A DNA stretch of 64,000 nt, taken from the IMG/VR virus record IMGVR_UViG_3300031857_016023, positions 59,822-123,821 of that record; one strand, written 5' to 3'. The notes under the pieces are model-generated. The model was not told where the DNA came from, ran no database searches, and saw nothing but the letters and a program-made list of their open reading frames with translations. This document shows, one piece after another, positions 59,116-64,000 of this stretch. This stretch comes from a virus. A program made the position numbers and the translations under genes. Numbering within the stretch: the first letter of the stretch is position 1; every line of letters starts with the position of its first letter.

Positions 59116-59879
59116 TTATCAGTTTTAATTAATCTAATCATTTGAGCAGGAATATCAAACTCCCACCATTTCTCTCTTTGATTCCAGAGATAACCTTTAT
59201 TGTGATGATTGTTATGCCAATCGCCAAAAAATACGCCAGTAATAAAATCATTCCGTGATGAATCTTGCGTTTCGTGATTGCGATATGAAAATGGCAACTT
59301 AGTATGATTGATAATGTTAATCACACAATATTCACAGAACATAAACAAACTAGCAACATTATACATCAATGCTAAACGAATGTCAATCAAAGCTAATACT
59401 ACCCAAAATGCAATAACAATTAAAACATAGTAATTATGTGATCTCATAATCCATGGATCATTATTTAAATTACGCATTACACTTACAGGAACGTGTTTTA
59501 AGTTCCAACGAAAAAATGCCACATTCCAACGACCAACTAAATCTAAATTCGTTGGATCTTTATCCGTATCAGAATACATATGATGCGTTCTGTGTGCCAT
59601 AGCATAACCATACGGAGAACCAGCAGATGCTAGTGGCGAAAACATGGCCATAAAAATATGCCAAAATTTATTTGTTTGAAATGACTTATGTGAAAAATAA
59701 CGGTGTAAAGCTACGTTATGAAAGAAATGGTTAAAGAAGAAAAACATAATAAACGCATACAGAATATAACTATATTGCGCTGTCACCACAAAATAAATTG
59801 AACACAAGATACCAAGAACAACTTGTGTTAAAATAACCTTCTGTGAATTTTCTGAAGTTCCTCTAAACGGATGTGCCAT
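59112..59879 (-). CDS. Membrane-bound fatty-acid desaturase (delta-9-like); start moved to ATG 59879
   Basis: His boxes HRYFSH, HRTHH and HNNHH; several transmembrane segments; KWWEFD. Confidence 0.9.
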   Translation of the reverse strand: MAHPFRGTSENSQKVILTQVVLGILCSIYFVVTAQYSYILYAFIMFFFFNHFFHNVALHRYFSHKSFQTNKFWHIFMAMFSPLASAGSPYGYAMAHRTHHMYSDTDKDPTNLDLVGRWNVAFFRWNLKHVPVSVMRNLNNDPWIMRSHNYYVLIVIAFWVVLALIDIRLALMYNVASLFMFCEYCVINIINHTKLPFSYRNHETQDSSRNDFITGVFFGDWHNNHHNKGYLWNQREKWWEFDIPAQMIRLIKTDK

Positions 59880-59880
59880 A

Positions 59881-60144
59881 TTAAGTGCCTTGTTTTTTGT
59901 TAATTGCTTCCTCAAACATATTAAACAAATCACCAAGTTTTGTTGGAACATTTCCGCCAACATCTTTCACATCAAACATATCTTCAACATCAAAAATGAA
60001 GTTCATAAATTCGATTGAATCTAACTTTTCATTTATTTCAGCAAATTTGTGAACATCAGTATCTTCTGGATAATCAGTCAATTTGATTCCATATTTTGCA
60101 TAGAACAGTTCTTCAATTTTGCTCACTACTTCTTCTCTGGTCAT
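59881..60144 (-). CDS. acpP: Acyl carrier protein
   Basis: Acidic 87-aa protein with LDSIEFMNFIFDVEDMFDV phosphopantetheine-Ser motif; between acpS and the desaturase. Confidence 0.85.
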   Translation of the reverse strand: MTREEVVSKIEELFYAKYGIKLTDYPEDTDVHKFAEINEKLDSIEFMNFIFDVEDMFDVKDVGGNVPTKLGDLFNMFEEAINKKQGT

Positions 60145-60473
60145 TTTCTTTCCTTTTTTAAAGCAACAACTGCTACATAATCGCCTTCATGTGTTAGAGA
60201 AATAACATAATCTCCACTCAACTCATTATGTGTATTTACTGCAATTGGATCTTCAGCAATACATTCTACAGTAGGCGCACAAGCTACTTTAAATACTATC
60301 TTTATTTTTCTAGGATTTATTTGTCGACCTTCAGCTTTAGTTAAAGCTTCATAAATTGCCCATATTTTAGCTGCGGTCTTTGGACTATCTAGTTCATGGC
60401 CTAGTTTTTCACCAAGCCTTTTTAAATCAATATTTTCAAATCTGGATATTCGTGTTAGATCAATACCAAGCAT
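60141..60473 (-). CDS. acpS: Holo-ACP synthase (AcpS-type phosphopantetheinyl transferase)
   Basis: GIDLTRISRF, WAIYEALTKA (canonical form is FAAKEA..KA) and ISLTHEGDY. Confidence 0.82.
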   Translation of the reverse strand: MLGIDLTRISRFENIDLKRLGEKLGHELDSPKTAAKIWAIYEALTKAEGRQINPRKIKIVFKVACAPTVECIAEDPIAVNTHNELSGDYVISLTHEGDYVAVVALKKERK

Positions 60474-60480
60474 AATTAAG

Positions 60481-60500
60481 AAGCGGGATTTCTCCCGCTT
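60481..60500. terminator. Hairpin between the small secreted-protein gene and acpS
   Basis: AAGCGGGA-TTTC-TCCCGCTT; weak T tract on the minus strand. Confidence 0.55.
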
Positions 60501-60506
60501 TCCTTT

Positions 60507-60665
60507 TTACTTCTTTTTTTCGTCTTTCTTCGCTTCAGCTTTTGGTGCATCTTTTTTAGCTTCAGCTTTTGGTGCGTCTTTCTTAGGCTCTTCTTTCTTA
60601 GCAGGTGCCTGTGCGAAAGCGGTTACTGCAAACAGCGATGCTGCGATAAGTGCTACTGACTTCAT
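60507..60665 (-). CDS. Small secreted Lys/Ala/Glu-rich protein (52 aa)
   Basis: Not in ORF track. MKSVALIAASLFAVTAFA-QAPAKKEEPKKDAPKAEAKKDAPKAEAKKDEKKK; AAGGAG RBS; AFA signal peptidase site. Confidence 0.85.
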   Translation of the reverse strand: MKSVALIAASLFAVTAFAQAPAKKEEPKKDAPKAEAKKDAPKAEAKKDEKKK

Positions 60666-60686
60666 AATATCTCCTTAATTAAGAAT

Positions 60687-60990
60687 GGTGATTGATTCTG
60701 TTGCCAAGTTCAATCACCGAAAACTCCGGTCAGCGTTTAGGCTGCCAGTGCAAATCTTTCATCGTTTGCATTTACTTATTTGATTATTACGCCTTATCTG
60801 GCGATTCTCCAATTGTCTATTTGCTACGCTGTCGAATCTATTTCAGGCCCATCAGAAGCATACTGCCTACACCCACTTACGATTGGCGTAACCAGCGGTA
60901 GTGCAAAACCTGCTCATGCGTTCTTACAGTATGCTTTTGGTGGACCTGACCGGTACTGCCCCGGTGTCCAACGCATCGTTCAACAATCTT
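60687..60990 (-). ncRNA. ssrA: Circularly permuted (two-piece) tmRNA gene; outer ends approximate
   Basis: T-arm and CAGGTCC-A-CCA end at 60938; 5' acceptor GGGCCTG...GATTCGAC starts at 60850; G3-U70 pair; tag ANDERFALAA* at 60769-60737. Confidence 0.93.
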
Positions 60991-61001
60991 CAACGAATTC
61001 T

Positions 61002-61316
61002 TTACTTCTTTGCCTTATACGGTTCCATTTTTGTGCCGGCCGCAATAACGCAATAGTTATCTTCATCAACTTTTTCAACCATAGTCCAACTTTTACTCTG
61101 AGGATTCAGAAATAGAAAAGTAGGATTATACTTCTTTCTATTGCCATCAACTCTGTGGCCTGTGGAGGTAAGAAAAGGCAATTCACCATATTCTTTTACT
61201 GTTCCGCTTATCGTTTTTAAATCAACACATAGTGCCTCAAATAAAACAATTTCACTATCACTAGCCATAGCCAACGCAGGAATAAACAATAGGGTTGACA
61301 GAAATTTGGCAAACAT
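61002..61316 (-). CDS. Hypothetical exported protein
   Basis: Signal-peptide-like N-terminus; YGELP and NPQSKSWTMVE...CVIAAG. Confidence 0.65.
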   Translation of the reverse strand: MFAKFLSTLLFIPALAMASDSEIVLFEALCVDLKTISGTVKEYGELPFLTSTGHRVDGNRKKYNPTFLFLNPQSKSWTMVEKVDEDNYCVIAAGTKMEPYKAKK

Positions 61317-61319
61317 CTA

Positions 61320-61574
61320 TTATTTATTCAGATTGTCTTGTAAAATTTTTGTCAATTTATTGTACAGACCACTCACAACACCGTATTCATCAATTTTAAA
61401 AGTGCCTCTCGAAGCAGCTGCATCTAATAGTGCTATTATAAGTTGTAGGTCATTCAAATTCAGTTCATCTGATTCGGCAGGCGGCTCAGGTTTTTCTTCA
61501 GGAACATCTTCTCGTCCTGGTATTCTTTTTGATTTCACTTCGCCTATACTCCCTGCTTTATTAGCTTCATTCAT
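61320..61574 (-). CDS. Hypothetical protein
   Basis: LNLNDL...LDAAASRGTFK...GLYNKL; co-oriented with neighbours. Confidence 0.65.
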   Translation of the reverse strand: MNEANKAGSIGEVKSKRIPGREDVPEEKPEPPAESDELNLNDLQLIIALLDAAASRGTFKIDEYGVVSGLYNKLTKILQDNLNK

Positions 61575-61594
61575 TTTATGTACCCTTAAATTAT

Positions 61595-62272
61595 TTATAT
61601 TGCACCATTATACTTCAAAATATATTGTTGAAGAGGCAAAATATGATCTGCTTTGTTCTCAATGAAAATCAAAGGTATATTTGTATCTTCTACCGCAATG
61701 GCAACCACGATTTGTTTAATTGGCTTGCCTGTTCTTTCCTCAAACATTTCAGCGTATGCCGAGCATTGCATGAAATAGTTTTGTATATATTCTTTTTCTT
61801 TTACTCTTGTTGAAGTTTTCCAATCAACTATTGATAATTCGCCTTCCCATTCGGCGATACAATCACAACGGCCGGCGATCCCTAGTTTATCACTATACAA
61901 CGGTTGTTCAATACCATATATGTCGCCAATATGACTATCGAGAAATGGTTTCACTTTGAGAAATAGCTCTTTAGTGTCAGGCATCATCGTCTGCATTTTC
62001 ATATCAGACATTTCGTTTAAAAGATATTTCTCAACAGCGTTATGCAGTTTGGTACCACGACCAGATGCTGCACGGGAAATACGATTAGCTTCTTGTTCGC
62101 CAACTCTTTGGTGCCATTCATAGATTGCTTTTTTGTTATAATTGGATAGAACGGTTGTGATGGAGGGGTAGGACTTTCCTCCCGGTGTTTTATAAGTCCT
62201 ACCCGATTCTGTTGTTTCGGATTCTAATTCAAAGTCCAATTCACTTAATTTTACATGATTAAAAAATTTCAT
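61595..62272 (-). CDS. PD-(D/E)XK (Cas4-like) exonuclease
   Basis: YPSITTVL, RGTKLH, AGRCDCIA, IVDWKTS and YFMQCSAYA. Confidence 0.88.
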   Translation of the reverse strand: MKFFNHVKLSELDFELESETTESGRTYKTPGGKSYPSITTVLSNYNKKAIYEWHQRVGEQEANRISRAASGRGTKLHNAVEKYLLNEMSDMKMQTMMPDTKELFLKVKPFLDSHIGDIYGIEQPLYSDKLGIAGRCDCIAEWEGELSIVDWKTSTRVKEKEYIQNYFMQCSAYAEMFEERTGKPIKQIVVAIAVEDTNIPLIFIENKADHILPLQQYILKYNGAI

Positions 62273-62457
62273 TATGTTTGTTGTTTATATCCTTCGTAGA
62301 TCCATGGGAAATGCTGACGAATATACCTTTCTCTATTTTTTTGTATATTTTCTTTTGACCAATCACCTAATTCATTTTCATCAGTTTCCTTCAATTCTCC
62401 CTTAAAGTGTTGTTGCAAAAGTGCTGCTTTTGTTTCAATACCTTTTCGTTTTGCCAT
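62272..62457 (-). CDS. Hypothetical protein
   Basis: AAGGAG RBS; coupled to the exonuclease gene. Confidence 0.6.
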   Translation of the reverse strand: MAKRKGIETKAALLQQHFKGELKETDENELGDWSKENIQKNRERYIRQHFPWIYEGYKQQT

Positions 62458-62490
62458 ACTATCTCCTTGGAGGATGTTGACATAACAAAG

Positions 62491-62796
62491 CTACTTCCCA
62501 TATTTTTTCTTATGTAGTGAATCGACTACTCTTTTTGTTTGTACTTCTTTTATGGATCGTTTGCCGTGTTTTTCGGCGACAGCAGAGTTCTTGTGATTCT
62601 CTGCTACTTTGGAGAGAACTTCTTTGAAACCAGCGGGGACTTTATCTTTGATTGAAACACCGCCGACAATTGCTGCGGCGGTTAGCAAGGGTTGGATGGT
62701 CGGGTTATTTTTAAGATATTCTTCACGCTCAGAAATCTTCATAAGCGCATCAAATTCTTCACCCGAATCAGTATCAATAAAACTATATGTGGGCAT
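62491..62796 (-). CDS. FmdB-like small protein lacking the zinc-ribbon cysteines
   Basis: MPTYSFIDTDSGEEF, EEYLKNNP and GFKEVLSKV. Confidence 0.6.
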   Translation of the reverse strand: MPTYSFIDTDSGEEFDALMKISEREEYLKNNPTIQPLLTAAAIVGGVSIKDKVPAGFKEVLSKVAENHKNSAVAEKHGKRSIKEVQTKRVVDSLHKKKYGK

Positions 62797-63346
62797 TATT
62801 TTTATTTATCACAGGAGAGAACCAGATAGGCACTTGTCTTTTAGTCCACTTGGCAAAATGTGCCTTCCGTTCATTATAGTATTTATGATAGGAAGCAAGA
62901 GAATCACCGGCGATTTTACATTCATCAGGCATTGCTGGTGTTGGTGGATAAAAGTCGCCGCCAGGCATTTTATTTGGCGGTATATCAAGGCAGTTTAGTA
63001 AACGGCTACAGGCGTGTTGTTTACCATAACGAAAAGTGTATTCTTTACACAAAAATTCCCACATTGTAAACAACCACCCGTAGTTCGCAACATTGGCTCG
63101 TACCCAAATACCAGATGGGTGATTCATGTGTGAGGCTTTCATTAATCTAGCTTCACGCTCATCAGGCAGACGCCAACGCTTAATTTTTCGACCATTTGCG
63201 GTCTTATCATAGTATTCGGTACCGTCAAGCACTCGGTGTGCGGTTGACATAAGTTGGGCATACTCAATAATCATTTTTACACAATGCTTATCAAGGTGCA
63301 TTTCAGCGCACTTACGAGGATCACGGTCAAGATAAAAAATATTCAT
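62783..63346 (-). CDS. Pyrimidine-dimer DNA glycosylase-like protein
   Basis: MNIFYLD, HLDKHCVKMIIEYAQLMSTAH, NHPSGIW, EYTFRYGK.H and AMPDE. Confidence 0.72.
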   Translation of the reverse strand: MNIFYLDRDPRKCAEMHLDKHCVKMIIEYAQLMSTAHRVLDGTEYYDKTANGRKIKRWRLPDEREARLMKASHMNHPSGIWVRANVANYGWLFTMWEFLCKEYTFRYGKQHACSRLLNCLDIPPNKMPGGDFYPPTPAMPDECKIAGDSLASYHKYYNERKAHFAKWTKRQVPIWFSPVINKNNAHI

Positions 63347-63531
63347 TACCAACTCCCATCATCAATCCAAATTCTTACAGTCAAAAACAAAAGTCTAATA
63401 TCTATTGAATTAGCTGGTTCGAAAGCTATCTCGGCACCAAAATGAATAACGGGAATCCAAGCCCAATGGCATGGATTCACCGTCATTGTAACACAAGCAC
63501 CGCTATATTTGAGGTATTTAATAAAAGACAT
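63346..63531 (-). CDS. Hypothetical protein
   Basis: Overlapping coupling with neighbours; ends RIWIDDGSW. Confidence 0.55.
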   Translation of the reverse strand: MSFIKYLKYSGACVTMTVNPCHWAWIPVIHFGAEIAFEPANSIDIRLLFLTVRIWIDDGSW

Positions 63532-63733
63532 ACTTATTCACAACGATATTCGATTTACTCATCTTATCCGATGGTCTATATTCACGGCACGTTAAATTCA
63601 TTTTAGAGTCGGCTTGTTTTAATGCTTTAAAAATTGTTTCTTGTTTTGCTGCACATTCTTCTACGGTTTTAAAAGTATCATATACAGCGTAATTGTTTGT
63701 TGAACCTAACCAAATTATAAGAACCCACTTCAT
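63518..63733 (-). CDS. Hypothetical small protein
   Basis: Hydrophobic N-terminus and two Cys residues; co-oriented. Confidence 0.55.
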   Translation of the reverse strand: MKWVLIIWLGSTNNYAVYDTFKTVEECAAKQETIFKALKQADSKMNLTCREYRPSDKMSKSNIVVNKYVFY

Positions 63734-64000
63734 TTAATTTACCACCTCAGAATGTTCATCGAAAATGTTAGACCACTTTTTTAATTTGATTTTCTTTTGA
63801 AGAGCTGCCATATTTGCTGACGATTCATCGATAATACCTGCTTCAAACATCAGGTCAATCATAGCAATTAAATCTCCAACTTCTTCGGTTAATCGCTGAC
63901 GGTTAGTTCTGTCATTGTATTCAGAATCATAACCAAAGCGAAAAACCTTACTAATCGCCTGTGTCACTTCAGCACATTCTTCTTGGCAGATTAGTAAGAT
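63734..64000 (-). CDS. MazG-like NTP pyrophosphohydrolase (5' end outside the window)
   Basis: Frame is open to the window edge: ICQEECAEVTQAISKVFRFG...LTEEVGDL. Confidence 0.78.
   Translation of the reverse strand: MLLICQEECAEVTQAISKVFRFGYDSEYNDRTNRQRLTEEVGDLIAMIDLMFEAGIIDESSANMAALQKKIKLKKWSNIFDEHSEVVN

Noticed and set aside
59880-59963. N-terminal extension of the desaturase in the ORF track
   Set aside because: It overlaps the ACP gene; ATG 59879 directly after the ACP stop is the more plausible start.
57311-60900. Shared ACCAGCGGT in the 91-aa gene leader and the tmRNA intervening segment
   Set aside because: Only 9 bp in the same orientation; compatible with chance.
60692-61115. Plus-strand ORFs 60692..60901 and 60780..61115
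   Set aside because: They are antisense shadows of the tmRNA gene, with no RBS or recognisable protein features.
232-63445. Many short antisense or out-of-frame ORFs in the track (e.g. 3194..3466, 19811..20203, 51503..52048, 61141..61665)
   Set aside because: They lie within well-supported genes and read like reverse-frame artefacts.
1-64000. Stop-codon recoding, introns, inteins or tRNA genes
   Set aside because: Core genes are full length in the standard code. I recognised no Hint or homing-endonuclease motifs, and no tRNA cloverleaf other than the tmRNA domain. A covariance scan would be needed to exclude them fully.

Overview
This window is part of a large, AT-rich T4-like myophage genome in the standard genetic code. 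Positions 1-53.4 kb are late structural genes: terminase gp17 (partial) and gp16, neck gp13-15, many fibre-like proteins, three RCC1-repeat proteins, a split VrlC-like gene, baseplate gp8/7/6/25/PAAR/5/53/48, gp4, gp2, gp54, gp26/gp51 and two tape-measure-like paralogues. A six-gene sulfation/glycosylation/methylation cassette sits among the fibre genes. Positions 53.5-64 kb hold gp32, gp59, gp33 and accessory genes. The most notable items are: (1) a tightly coupled AcpS-ACP-desaturase-FabF lipid operon; (2) a circularly permuted two-piece tmRNA gene with tag ANDERFALAA, missed by the ORF track; (3) a probable -1 frameshift joining gp26 and gp51; (4) a dps gene between the terminase subunits; (5) several readable regulatory elements. 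A betaproteobacterial host is inferred from the tmRNA tag only. All family assignments come from motif recognition and gene order, not database searches.
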